A DNA stretch of 64,000 bases, taken from contig SFCQ01000004.1 of the NCBI GenBank assembly GCA_004558525.1, positions 15,345 through 79,344 on the forward strand. Direction: 5' to 3'. Below the pieces are notes generated by a model. That model did not search any database. It was not told the origin of the DNA and worked only from the letters and a program-made list of their open reading frames with translations. The first letter of the stretch is position 1. The number at the start of each line of letters is the position of its first letter. Of this stretch, positions 29,866 through 39,510 are shown one piece after another. The stretch is from Clostridiales bacterium. Lineage in GTDB: Bacteria > Bacillota > Clostridia > Christensenellales > CAG-138. The translations under genes were made by a program, and so were the position numbers.

Positions 29866-31251
29866 ATGAAAAAAGGCCTTTTGCTCGGGTTTACCGCGCT
29901 GATACTTCTTATATGCCTGCTGCCGCTTGCCGCCAACATATTCGGCTACAAGGCGGCGAACAGGGAGAATCGCCCGCTTGCGCGCAAGCCTGAGCTTATA
30001 ACGAGGGACGGCCTGAATCTCGATTTCCCATCCGACTTTGACGATTACTGGTCGGATCATTTCGGCTTCAGGGAGGAGCTTGTAACGGCCTTCCATTCAG
30101 CTACGCTCACGCTTTTTAACGACACGCTGAACGAAAAGGTGGTCGCCGGCAAGGAGGGCTTCTTATTCTATTCCGAAACATTAAACGATTACGCCGGCAT
30201 TGACCGCATGAGCGACGATGAAATAGCAATGGCCGCCGCATCGATAAGGCTCATAAAGGAATATGCCGAGTCAAAGGGCGCAAGGTTCGTCTTTTCGGCG
30301 GCGCCAAACAAAAACACGATATATCCTGAATACATGCCGGATAGAATAAAGCGCGCATACGAGCACGGCTCAAACAGGGAAAGGCTGTATGCCGCCCTTA
30401 AGGAGCAATCCGTTGATACGATAGATTTTGCGGCCCTGCTTACCGAGCATAAGGGCGACGGCTTATTATACTATCAGCAGGACACGCACTGGAACCAGCG
30501 CGGCGCGATAATAGCCTACAACGCCATAATGAAGCTTATATTAACCTCCGGCAACGATTGCTATGACGACTATGCCGCCGTAAAGCCCACGGAAAAAACG
30601 GGCTACTCCGGCGACCTGCATAATTTTGTGCTGCCTGCGGAGAGCTCAAGCCTGTCCTATCCGGACTATGGTATACCGGCTGACTATGCTGCCGACGCCG
30701 GCGCAAGGCCTCAGCGCGACCCAAGCTTCGGCACGACGAGCGGCGTAAACAGGGATAAGGCCTTGCTTTTGTACAGGGACTCCTTTGGCGAAGCGATAAT
30801 ACCGCTGCTTTCATCAAATCTTGGCAGGGCGGTGTATTCGCAGGAGTTTCCGTATAATCTTACGCTTGCGGATAATTCCGGCCAAGACTTTGACCTTATA
30901 ATGATAGAGCTGGTGGAAAGGAACATACCAAATCTTCTTTCCTCCGCGCCGTTTGTGCCGGCTGTAGAAAAGCAGCTGCCTGAAGGCGCATGCCGGGCCG
31001 GCTTTACGGCTGAGGCGAAGCAAAAAGCGGGCTACACGCAGCTATGCGGCAATGTATCCGCATATTCCGCGGCAAAGCGCATATATGTAAAAGTCGCCTG
31101 CACAGACGGCGCAGAGCGCGTATATGAGGCCTTCCCCGTAAGCGCGTCTTGTGACGGCGCAGGGCAGGCCCTGAACGCTTCTGAGATGGGCTACATGCTC
31201 ACCCTGCCCTATGGCATAGACGGCGAAGCGAGCGCCGTTTGGCTGGGTTAA
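29866..31251 (+). CDS. DHHW/AlgJ-AlgX-like SGNH-type protein, partner of the MBOAT
   Basis: AAGGAGGG RBS and an N-terminal TM anchor. QQDTHWNQRGA (the D-x-H-W motif). Confidence 0.7.
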   Translation: MKKGLLLGFTALILLICLLPLAANIFGYKAANRENRPLARKPELITRDGLNLDFPSDFDDYWSDHFGFREELVTAFHSATLTLFNDTLNEKVVAGKEGFLFYSETLNDYAGIDRMSDDEIAMAAASIRLIKEYAESKGARFVFSAAPNKNTIYPEYMPDRIKRAYEHGSNRERLYAALKEQSVDTIDFAALLTEHKGDGLLYYQQDTHWNQRGAIIAYNAIMKLILTSGNDCYDDYAAVKPTEKTGYSGDLHNFVLPAESSSLSYPDYGIPADYAADAGARPQRDPSFGTTSGVNRDKALLLYRDSFGEAIIPLLSSNLGRAVYSQEFPYNLTLADNSGQDFDLIMIELVERNIPNLLSSAPFVPAVEKQLPEGACRAGFTAEAKQKAGYTQLCGNVSAYSAAKRIYVKVACTDGAERVYEAFPVSASCDGAGQALNASEMGYMLTLPYGIDGEASAVWLG

Positions 31252-31337
31252 AACCAATTTTTGAATAAACAAGCTCCTTTACCGAAAAACTAAGCTTGAT
31301 GCAACGCCAAATGCTATCGGAAAGGAGCTTCTGTTGT

Positions 31338-31529
31338 ATGGATTTTATAGACCCTGTTGAAAAAGGAGAGCATGCCGGGCCGAAAAAGCGTATTCGCTAT
31401 CCGGGCATGACCTCCACCGTCTCCGGCACGGAATGTACCGGCCTTATGCCCTCGCCGCCTGAGGATGACGACGAATACGAATCATATCAGGATATGCACG
31501 GCATGGGAATACCGAAAAAGAAGGATTGA
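31338..31529 (+). CDS. Small acidic hypothetical protein (63 aa)
   Basis: AAAGGAG RBS 9 nt upstream of the ATG at 31338. No recognised family. Confidence 0.35.
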   Translation: MDFIDPVEKGEHAGPKKRIRYPGMTSTVSGTECTGLMPSPPEDDDEYESYQDMHGMGIPKKKD

Positions 31530-31531
31530 GC

Positions 31532-32914
31532 CTATTCAGCCGCCTCGGCCTGCTGCGCCGGGGCGCTGTTTATAAGCTTGCGCTTTGTGCTTATGTACAT
31601 AAAGAACAGTATCACCGTAGATATCAGCCAGCTTATGGGATACGATACGAATATGCTGGCAAGCGTGCCGTATTTTGCAAAAACGGTAGCTATCCATATT
31701 ATCCTGAGCACGCACGCGCCAAACAGGCACACGAGCATTGGCGAAAACGATTTGCCCATGCCCCTTAACGAGCCTGTAAACACCTCCATACTGCCGCATA
31801 TGAAATACGTTGTGGCGATGAGCATAAGCCTTTGGCAGCCATATGCTATTACCTCAGGATCGTTGTTATATAGGCTCAAAAGCTGATTCCTGAAGAATAT
31901 GACTATCGCTCCTGTGACCGCCCACGCTATCCACACAAGTATATTGCAATACAGGCATATCGGCGCTATCCTGTCGTATTTTTTTGCGCCCACGTTCTGG
32001 CTGGTAAACGTTACCGTCGCCTGAGAAAAACTGTTTATAGCTATATAAACGAAGCCCTCAAGGTTGCTGGCGGCCGAGCAGCCGGCCATAACGAGCGAGC
32101 CGAACGAGTTTACTGAGGATTGTATTATAACGTTGGATACCGAAAACAGCGCGCTCTGTATCCCCGCGGGAAGCCCGATCTTTATCATTTCCATAAGCTT
32201 GCTGCCATGCAGCTTGAGCTTGCTCGGATAAAAACGCACGCTGCCAGACGTATGCATAAGGCAGTTCACGACAAGCACTGCGGAAAGCAGCTCGCTTATA
32301 ATGGTTGCATAAGCCACGCCCGCGACCCCCATGTCCAGGCATATAACCGTTATAAGATTCAGCGCCACGTTTAGCGCGCCCGATATTATAAGATAATACA
32401 GCGGCCTTTTAGTATCGCCAACGGCACGCAGTATGCCCGCGCCATAGTTATACACCATAAGCGCCGGCAGGCCGGCAAAATATATATGCAAATACCTGGC
32501 GGCAAGGTCGATAACATCCTCAGGACTGCCCATAAGCTCAAGGAAGGTCCTTGCGAAGCAGACGCCGAATATGCCAAGCGCAACGCCCGATATAACGCTG
32601 AAAAGCATGGCTGTATGCACGGTATCTGATACCGCGTCATAATCGCGCGCGCCAAAATAGCGCGCCACGGTAACGTTTACGCCGAGGCTTACGCCTATGA
32701 ATAAAGCTACGACCAGATTGACCAAGGAGCCTGTTGAGCCGACGGCCGCAAGCGCCTGGCTTCCGGCAAATTTTCCCGCGACCACCATATCGGCCGCATT
32801 ATATAAAAACTGAAGCACGCCCATAGCTATCACGGGCAGCGAGTATTTCAGGAGCATGCTGAAAAGCGGCCCCGTAGTCATATCCATTTCATAGCTTGCG
32901 CTTTTGTTTTTCAT
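31532..32914 (-). CDS. MATE-family efflux transporter
   Basis: 460 aa with 12 predicted TM segments. Typical N-terminal MTTGPLFSMLLKYSLPVIAMGVLQ. Confidence 0.9.
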   Translation of the reverse strand: MKNKSASYEMDMTTGPLFSMLLKYSLPVIAMGVLQFLYNAADMVVAGKFAGSQALAAVGSTGSLVNLVVALFIGVSLGVNVTVARYFGARDYDAVSDTVHTAMLFSVISGVALGIFGVCFARTFLELMGSPEDVIDLAARYLHIYFAGLPALMVYNYGAGILRAVGDTKRPLYYLIISGALNVALNLITVICLDMGVAGVAYATIISELLSAVLVVNCLMHTSGSVRFYPSKLKLHGSKLMEMIKIGLPAGIQSALFSVSNVIIQSSVNSFGSLVMAGCSAASNLEGFVYIAINSFSQATVTFTSQNVGAKKYDRIAPICLYCNILVWIAWAVTGAIVIFFRNQLLSLYNNDPEVIAYGCQRLMLIATTYFICGSMEVFTGSLRGMGKSFSPMLVCLFGACVLRIIWIATVFAKYGTLASIFVSYPISWLISTVILFFMYISTKRKLINSAPAQQAEAAE

Positions 32915-32960
32915 GTTCCCCCCAAGGCGGCATGCCGCCGCAATTAGGTATTATATCACA

Positions 32961-33299
32961 TTAGAACACCACCACAAGCAGCATCTTGAATTTTTCTTTT
33001 CCATATACCGCATGCGGATGCCCTGCCGGCATCACTATGCTTTCCCCCTCGTTAAGCTCGTAGTCCACGCCGTCTATAGTTATCCTGCCGACACCGTCAA
33101 GGCAGGTAACGAACGCGTCCCCGCCGGAGGCATGCGTGCTTATCTCTTCATCTTTATCAAAAGAAAAAAGCGTAACGCTCACGGCCCTGTTCTGCGCGAG
33201 CGTCTTGCTCACCACTTGCCCTTCCTGATAAGCTATCTGCTCTTTAAGCGTAAGCACTTCGGCTTTTTCTATGTTCTTCATTGGTCCTGGTATGGTCAT
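32961..33299 (-). CDS. Cupin-domain protein
   Basis: 112 aa. ISTHASGGDAF...GESIVMPAGHPHAV cupin motifs. Confidence 0.8.
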   Translation of the reverse strand: MTIPGPMKNIEKAEVLTLKEQIAYQEGQVVSKTLAQNRAVSVTLFSFDKDEEISTHASGGDAFVTCLDGVGRITIDGVDYELNEGESIVMPAGHPHAVYGKEKFKMLLVVVF

Positions 33300-33614
33300 T
33301 TTAGTGTTCTCCTTTTGTATAGTCTAAGCGTACCAAATAGCTCCGCTATCTTTGAGTATAGTATAGCAGAGCGGGCAGCATAAAAGAAGATGCAAACAGC
33401 GTCCGTGCTTCAAAACCGGCCTCGCCCTGCGCAGCTTTGAGCTGTTAAATCAAATCCTAATGCGCTTTTATTGTTTATATGATACAATTCTGTTTGTAAT
33501 AAGGGCATATATAAGCCCTTATCGTATTTGTTTTGAGCGGGGCGCTGCCCGTTGCGGCTCAGCTTGCCGCTGCACCGCTTTACATTGCCTCCGCGGAAAG
33601 GATATTTAGGTATA

Positions 33615-34433
33615 ATGGCTAACGGCTGCATGATAGACGCTCACATACACTCCTCTGTTTCCTTTGACAGCGACACCCCAATGCGGGATATGGCTTTGGC
33701 CTCAATTGAAAAAGGGGTTGAGGGCATATGCTTTACCGATCACTACGATGTGATAGACTCCGGCGGCAAGTTCGTGCCGGAGTACGATTGGTCATTTGCG
33801 CATGCCGCGCATGATGAAGCCAAAAAAGCCGTTGGCGAAGGGTTTATGCTCAATTTCGGTCTTGAGCTTGGGAACGCGCCCGCCGGCTTTTCAGCTGCCG
33901 AAGGCTCACTCAACGAGCCGGACATAGACTTTGTGCTTGGCTCCATACACAACGCAAGCGCAAGGCTTGCATATAAGGATTATTACTATGTTGACTACAC
34001 GTCAGAGGAGCTTTGCTACTTTTATCTTGACGACTACTTTTCGCAGCTTGAGCAGCTTGTGGCATGGGGCAGGTTTGATAGCCTGGCGCATGTGCCGTAT
34101 CCTTTAAGATACATGGTGGAGCGCGACAAGCAGCCCATAACGCTTGAAAGATATTATGAGCGCATAGATGCCATGCTGCTGCACCTTGCAAGAAACGATA
34201 AGGCTCTTGAGGTCAACACGGGCAAGACCGGCCGCATAATGCCGGAATATCCGTATCTTCTGGAGCGATTTCATGCCTTGGGCGGCAAGCTCGTAACCGT
34301 CGGCACAGATGCGCACAGCATAGCGCAGACCGGACTTGGACTTAAGGGAGCATACGAGCTGCTCAAGCAAAAAGGGTTTAGCAGTGTTGCCTGCTTTAAG
34401 CGCCGCAAGCCCGAAATGATAAGGATAGAATAG
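33615..34433 (+). CDS. PHP-domain histidinol-phosphatase-family protein (HisJ-like)
   Basis: IDAHIHSSVSFDS, CFTDHYD, GSIH, LAHV, GTDAH metal-ligand pattern. Confidence 0.75.
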   Translation: MANGCMIDAHIHSSVSFDSDTPMRDMALASIEKGVEGICFTDHYDVIDSGGKFVPEYDWSFAHAAHDEAKKAVGEGFMLNFGLELGNAPAGFSAAEGSLNEPDIDFVLGSIHNASARLAYKDYYYVDYTSEELCYFYLDDYFSQLEQLVAWGRFDSLAHVPYPLRYMVERDKQPITLERYYERIDAMLLHLARNDKALEVNTGKTGRIMPEYPYLLERFHALGGKLVTVGTDAHSIAQTGLGLKGAYELLKQKGFSSVACFKRRKPEMIRIE

Positions 34434-34491
34434 GCTGTTTTGTTATAGTGCGGCGTCACGGCGGCGCCGTTGCCGCAACGAGCATGACGCC

Positions 34492-35481
34492 CTATTCTCC
34501 GTTTGCGGCATACAGGCTTTGGTTTATAAGCACGGCGGCTTTTTCCGCATCTATGCTGATGGTCATATCGGCGTTGACCGTTGCTTCGGCCCCTGCCGGC
34601 ATGAGTATGCTTTTATACTCCATCTCGTCGGCCTTAAGCACGGCGTAGCCGATATCGCTGAGCGCGGATATATCCATATTCGTTTTTGCGCTTGTCATCA
34701 CCATGCTTAAGAAGGCTATTGCCGTTTTCTTGCTTATGCTCTTTCTCATGTTCAATACGGCGCTTTTAACAAGCCCCGCCCTTCTTTTAAGCATGGATAT
34801 GGGATATTCGCCGCTTATCGGATCAAGCGCATATACCATGCTTTCCATACCCGTAAGCTTGGCAGTTTTTGCTTCTATCGTCTTGTTCATGGCCTTGCTC
34901 ATATATTCGGCTTCCTGTTTATCCGGCGTTGTTTCCACGCCGCCCTGCTTGTCTATTATCATCGCCAGAAGGGCCGTGTCGGCGCATACATAGTATTTTA
35001 TGTTAAGGCGAAAGCTCTTGTTTATGCTTGCAAGAAGCTTTGCTATGCCATCCTGCTTGTATATCGCGGCTATGCTCCTGCCCGATAGAAGCAGCTTCTC
35101 GCTCAGCGTTATCACGCTCAGCCTTTGCGCCATATCGTCAAATGAGATTATATACGCCATGTCTAATGAAGCGTTCTCGGAAACGGGCCTGTTCTGCACG
35201 GTTATAAGCACGCCCGTTGTGTATTGCTCTATCATCTCGTCCGTATATATTCCGGATATGCTGATATCCTCCTTGCCCGCGCCGCCGTCATTGGTCTGCT
35301 CAGGCTTATCCGTATCCGCATTTTCTGTTTTTGCCGCTTCCGGCTTTTTTATCAGCGCGTCCAGGCCCTGTATATTAGGTATCAGCAGCGCCGCCGATAT
35401 TATCCCCAGCACGGACAGCGCGCTGAAGCTTATTATAACGCCTATAAGCGCCTTTATCAGCTTTTCTCTGTTATTGCTCAT
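34492..35481 (-). CDS. Membrane-anchored LCP (LytR-CpsA-Psr)-like protein, divergent
   Basis: N-terminal TM segment. The core follows the LCP order (LDMAYIISFDD..LSVITL....IKYYVCADTALLAMIIDKQGGVE), but the usual R/D catalytic residues are not evident. Confidence 0.45.
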   Translation of the reverse strand: MSNNREKLIKALIGVIISFSALSVLGIISAALLIPNIQGLDALIKKPEAAKTENADTDKPEQTNDGGAGKEDISISGIYTDEMIEQYTTGVLITVQNRPVSENASLDMAYIISFDDMAQRLSVITLSEKLLLSGRSIAAIYKQDGIAKLLASINKSFRLNIKYYVCADTALLAMIIDKQGGVETTPDKQEAEYMSKAMNKTIEAKTAKLTGMESMVYALDPISGEYPISMLKRRAGLVKSAVLNMRKSISKKTAIAFLSMVMTSAKTNMDISALSDIGYAVLKADEMEYKSILMPAGAEATVNADMTISIDAEKAAVLINQSLYAANGE

Positions 35482-36623
35482 TTGGGGCTGTCTCCCCCAG
35501 AGTATTCGCTTATTATCAGCATATCCCTGAGCCTTCGCGCCTTTCCCTTTCCGGAAGGGCTTGATATGGTCTTATTATCGTATACCATCATGCTGCTGCC
35601 GCCGCCGTCAAGGTTGTAAGCTATATCCGCATTGAGCTCAAGCGCAAGCTTCTGCATCTCCAAAAAGTTCATGCCTGTGGAATAGCCCTTTTGCCTGCCG
35701 TCTATTACAACAAGGCCGTAATGCCCCTTTTCATAATAGCACAGCATGGTGCGCGGGTTCCGGCTGTGCTTTTTTACGCCCTCGAGCGGCTTGGAGTCCA
35801 TAAGAAATGCCGGCCCGAACTTCCATGCCTGCCAGATGCTTTTATCATATGCGTCAAAGTCGCCGAATTTTATAAGCCTCATCGTGCCGTCATAGTACAG
35901 CGCGCATACCGAATCGGAGTATTTTTCATATTCCGTCATGCCCGAATAGTTTGCGTTTTTGTTGTCCGGCGCCCTGCCCAGAAGCTTGCCGTTGCGTATA
36001 AGGCCGCTGGGCGCCCAGTCGCCGTTTACGGCCAAAATGGCCTTGTTCGTGCGCGCTATTTTTTCGGCCTTGGCGTTTTCCCCTTTTACATATGCCGTTT
36101 TGAAGCTGTATATATTGCGTATCCATATATCCGCAGTATAATACACCGCCCCTGCGCGCTTATGCTTTTTTACGGCTATCCTGACCTCATCGCTTTGGTA
36201 GCTGAAATCCGCGCCTTCGCCCGTATCATAATCTGGGAAATCTACGCCCTGTATATCGCCTTCAATGTACGGCCTTGCAGGCTCAGGCTTAGCCGTTGTG
36301 CCGTTGTCCGGCGCTGCCGGTTCGGCTGATTCTATGGGCTCCGGCTGCAATATGGGGCTTATAACAGGAACAGGCGTCTGGCCGAGCAGCGCTTCGGCAG
36401 TTTTTCGCTGCTCCTTATACAGCCTTATCAGCAGATAGTCGCCCGATATTATAATAAAGCAAATCATTATGGACAAAGCCGCGGCGCAGCTGAGCAGCGC
36501 AAGCTTAAGCCTTGTCCCGCCGCGTTTTTCGTTTATGTCCTTTGGCGCGCCGCGCCGTATTTTGCTACGCATATCGCCTTTATACCGCCTTGCAGCGCGG
36601 CTTTTTTGAGCATAGCCGCGCAC
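35478..36623 (-). CDS. Phosphodiester glycosidase-family protein (DUF2233/NAGPA-like)
   Basis: N-terminal TM segment. AILAVNGDW, AYNLDGGGSSMMVY. Its stop overlaps the start of the LCP-like gene by 4 nt. The start (GTG 36623 or ATG 36572) is uncertain. Confidence 0.75.
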   Translation of the reverse strand: MRGYAQKSRAARRYKGDMRSKIRRGAPKDINEKRGGTRLKLALLSCAAALSIMICFIIISGDYLLIRLYKEQRKTAEALLGQTPVPVISPILQPEPIESAEPAAPDNGTTAKPEPARPYIEGDIQGVDFPDYDTGEGADFSYQSDEVRIAVKKHKRAGAVYYTADIWIRNIYSFKTAYVKGENAKAEKIARTNKAILAVNGDWAPSGLIRNGKLLGRAPDNKNANYSGMTEYEKYSDSVCALYYDGTMRLIKFGDFDAYDKSIWQAWKFGPAFLMDSKPLEGVKKHSRNPRTMLCYYEKGHYGLVVIDGRQKGYSTGMNFLEMQKLALELNADIAYNLDGGGSSMMVYDNKTISSPSGKGKARRLRDMLIISEYSGGDSPK

Positions 36624-36701
36624 AATGCTAATCTTTCCGGATATCAGGCTAAATAATCATATAAAAAACAAACAGGGCTGCAAGCCTTCGCTTACGACCC
36701 C

Positions 36702-36901
36702 CAGCCTGTCGATAAACCCCGGGGTTGTTAAGGGGCGGCTGCCCCTTAAGCTTTATTCCGGCTCTGACGGCATGTGCGTCAGAACGGATGAAAACCTTCA
36801 GGTTTTCGTACCTTGCGGGTTTTGCCGCCCGGGAGCAAGAGCGAGAGGCAAAACCCGTAAAAACTCGAAAAAGTGGCGTTCAGCCACTTTTTCGACACTC
36901 T
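36702..36901 (-). mobile_element. MITE-like hairpin-rich repeat, copy C (200 bp), flanked by 24-28-bp direct repeats
   Basis: CAGCCTGTCGATAAA ... TTTTCGACACTCT. Flanks are CAGGGCTGCAAGCCTTCGCTTACG at 36673-36696 and again at 36902-36925, with the next 4 nt matching 3/4. Confidence 0.8.
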
Positions 36902-36971
36902 CAGGGCTGCAAGCCTTCGCTTACGGCCCTGTCCATAAAGCGTGCTTTTTGTAAAGCCAAGCTGTCTTGGC

Positions 36972-38195
36972 TCATCTTTTTATCAACACGGCGTACAGAT
37001 CGTTCACGTTGGTGCCGGTAGGCCCCGTTATTATAAGCCCGTCTATGGCCTTCAACGCGTTATATGAATCGTTATTTTTTAGGCTCTCCTGTATGCTGAT
37101 GCCTTTTTGTTCAAGCTTTTCCTTGGTATGCCCGTCAACATAGCCCCCTGCGGCGTCGGTAGGGCCGTCGGTACCGTCCGAGCCGACTGCAAAAACGCAG
37201 GCGCCGTCTATGCCGCTCAGCTTCTCCGCCGCGGCGAGTGCAAGCTCCTGGTTCCTTCCGCCCATGCCGGCGCCGTTAAGCCTGACCACCGTCTCGCCGC
37301 CAAATATAAATGCCCTTGAGCTTCTGCTCAGGCTGTTATACCTTGCTATGGAGCCTAACATGCTGCCTGCCTCCTTAGCCTCGCAGGTCAGCGAATCCGC
37401 AAGTATCTGCGCTTCATAGCCCATCCTTTTTGCTGCATTTGCGGCGGCCCTGCAAAGCTCCCTCACGCTGCCTGTAACATAGGCGGTAACATTGTCAAGC
37501 CGCTTCGGCGTATCCGTATCCATAAGCGCCATAGCCTGCTGCGAAAGCCTTATCCCATATTTTTCTATCACACGCTTTGCGTCCGGGCATGTTGAAGCGT
37601 CCGCACATGCGGGGCCGGAGGCTATCATGTCCACGGGATCGCCTACTATATCGGATAGTATTATTGCCGCAACCTCAGCCGGTGCGCACATTTTTGCGAA
37701 CCTTCCGCCCTTTACGGAGGAAAGCCTTTTGCGCACGGTGTTTATTTCAACTATATCGGCGGAGCATGCTATAAGCTGGGCCGATATATCCTTAAGCTCG
37801 TCTATGGGCACGAGCGGCTTTTCAAACAGCGCGCTGCCGCCGCCGGAAATAAGGAAGAGCACCGTGTCGCCTGCGCCCGCTTTTTTTGCAAGCTCTATCG
37901 CCTGCTCCGTTGCAGCTACCGAGTTTTCGTCCGGTATGGGATGGCCGGCTTCATACACCCTGACGCGGTCCAAGCCGCCCTGCGCGTGGCCGTACTTGGT
38001 TATAACTATTCCCTCTTCTATGCTCAGCTCTTCGTACGCGGCCTTAGCCATAGTGCAGGCGGCCTTGCCTATCGCCACAAGATATATCCTGCCCTTAAGC
38101 TCAAGCTTATCAAGCGCCGCCTTAACGGCGGCCTGCGGCTGTACGGCGGCTATTGCTGCATCGATTATTGCTTTGGCGTCGCTTTTTATGCCCAT
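36972..38195 (-). CDS. Glycerate 2-kinase (MOFRL/DUF4147 family)
   Basis: 407 aa. GKAACTMA, ISGGGSALF, GGETVV, GMGGRNQELAL, VGSDGTDGPTDAAG. Confidence 0.85.
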   Translation of the reverse strand: MGIKSDAKAIIDAAIAAVQPQAAVKAALDKLELKGRIYLVAIGKAACTMAKAAYEELSIEEGIVITKYGHAQGGLDRVRVYEAGHPIPDENSVAATEQAIELAKKAGAGDTVLFLISGGGSALFEKPLVPIDELKDISAQLIACSADIVEINTVRKRLSSVKGGRFAKMCAPAEVAAIILSDIVGDPVDMIASGPACADASTCPDAKRVIEKYGIRLSQQAMALMDTDTPKRLDNVTAYVTGSVRELCRAAANAAKRMGYEAQILADSLTCEAKEAGSMLGSIARYNSLSRSSRAFIFGGETVVRLNGAGMGGRNQELALAAAEKLSGIDGACVFAVGSDGTDGPTDAAGGYVDGHTKEKLEQKGISIQESLKNNDSYNALKAIDGLIITGPTGTNVNDLYAVLIKR

Positions 38196-38196
38196 A

Positions 38197-39162
38197 TTAT
38201 TTATTTATAACGTTTATTGGCTCGCCGTCCATGAAGGCTTTTATGTTCCTTGCGGTCTGCTCCATTATGCGCTGCCTGCTTTCCACAGGCGCCCAGCTTA
38301 TGTGCGGGGTTATTATGCAGTTTTTCGCCCTGAGCAACGGATTGTCCGCCCTTATAGGCTCCGTGGACACGACGTCAAGCCCGGCGCCCGCTATCTTGCC
38401 GGAGTTCAGCGCATCCGCCACGTCAGCCTCGTCTAAAAGCTGGCCTCTGGCGTTGTTTATAAGTATCACACCGTCCTTCATCTTGGCTATGCTCTGCTTG
38501 TTTATAAGCCTTGTGTTTTCCGGAGTAAGGTTGCAGTGCAGCGTTATAACGTCAGCCCTTTTATAAAGCTCGTCAAGGCTGACATATTCGCCTATGGCCC
38601 TGCCGGAATCGTTAGGATAAAGGTCATAGGCAATTATGCTCATGCCCATCGCCTTAGCTATCCTCGCTTCTGCCTGGCCTATCCTGCCAAAGCCTATTAT
38701 GCCCATAGTCTTGCCGTCAAGCTCGGTAAGCGGATAATCCCAATAGCACCATTCGATATTGTTTGTCCACTTGCCCTGACGCACCGTATCGCTGTGATGC
38801 CCTACGCGGCAGCAAAGCTCCAGCAGCAGCGCTATTGAAAACTGGCTCACCGACGCCGTTCCGTAGGACGGCACGTTCACAACGGGTATGCCCTTTTGTT
38901 TTGCATAATTATAATCGATTACGTTATACCCTGTCGCAAGCACGGCTATGAGCTTGATGTTATTGCAGCTATCTATGGTCTGCTTCGATATTGGGGTCTT
39001 GTTCATAACGACTATCTCCGCATCGCCTATCCTTTCAGCTATTATGGGCGATTCCACATACGATGTGCGGTCATATACCGTAAGCTCGCCAAGCTTTGCT
39101 ATGGGCTCCCAGGAGATGTCGCCAGGGTTTTCATTATAGCCGTCCAACACCACGATTTTCAT
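38197..39162 (-). CDS. D-isomer-specific 2-hydroxyacid dehydrogenase (glycerate dehydrogenase/hydroxypyruvate reductase-like)
   Basis: 321 aa. GIIGFGRIG NAD motif, NNARG, PHISWA. One nt separates its stop from the kinase start. Confidence 0.88.
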   Translation of the reverse strand: MKIVVLDGYNENPGDISWEPIAKLGELTVYDRTSYVESPIIAERIGDAEIVVMNKTPISKQTIDSCNNIKLIAVLATGYNVIDYNYAKQKGIPVVNVPSYGTASVSQFSIALLLELCCRVGHHSDTVRQGKWTNNIEWCYWDYPLTELDGKTMGIIGFGRIGQAEARIAKAMGMSIIAYDLYPNDSGRAIGEYVSLDELYKRADVITLHCNLTPENTRLINKQSIAKMKDGVILINNARGQLLDEADVADALNSGKIAGAGLDVVSTEPIRADNPLLRAKNCIITPHISWAPVESRQRIMEQTARNIKAFMDGEPINVINK

Positions 39163-39286
39163 ATCAGTCTTGTCCTCCTTGGCCGTTGAGCCATATGATT
39201 GGGCGTACGCCGCTTTTATTATACTATACCCATGCGGCTTTTCAAATAATAAAAAGCCACATCTAATAAGTAATAATACATTACTG

Positions 39287-39485
39287 CGGCCTGTCGATAA
39301 ACCCTGGGGTTGTTAAGGGATGGTTGCCCCTTAAGCTAATTCCGGCTCTGACGGCATGCACGTCAGAACAGATGAAAACCTTCAGGCTTTCGTACTTTGC
39401 GGGTTTTGCCGCCCGGAAGCTAATGCGAGAGGCAAAACCCGTAAAACTCAAAAAAAGTGGCGAATAGCCACTTTTTTGACACTCT
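39287..39485 (-). mobile_element. MITE-like hairpin-rich repeat, copy D (199 bp)
   Basis: CGGCCTGTCGATAAA ... TTTTTTGACACTCT. No clear flanking duplication. Abuts the terminator at 39487-39510. Confidence 0.75.
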
Positions 39486-39486
39486 C

Positions 39487-39510
39487 AAAGCGGCTGTCAG
39501 CCGCTTTTTT
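39487..39510. terminator. Hairpin terminator overlapping the stop codon of the DUF4428-like gene
   Basis: AAAGCGGCTG-T-CAGCCGCTTTTTT. Confidence 0.55.
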
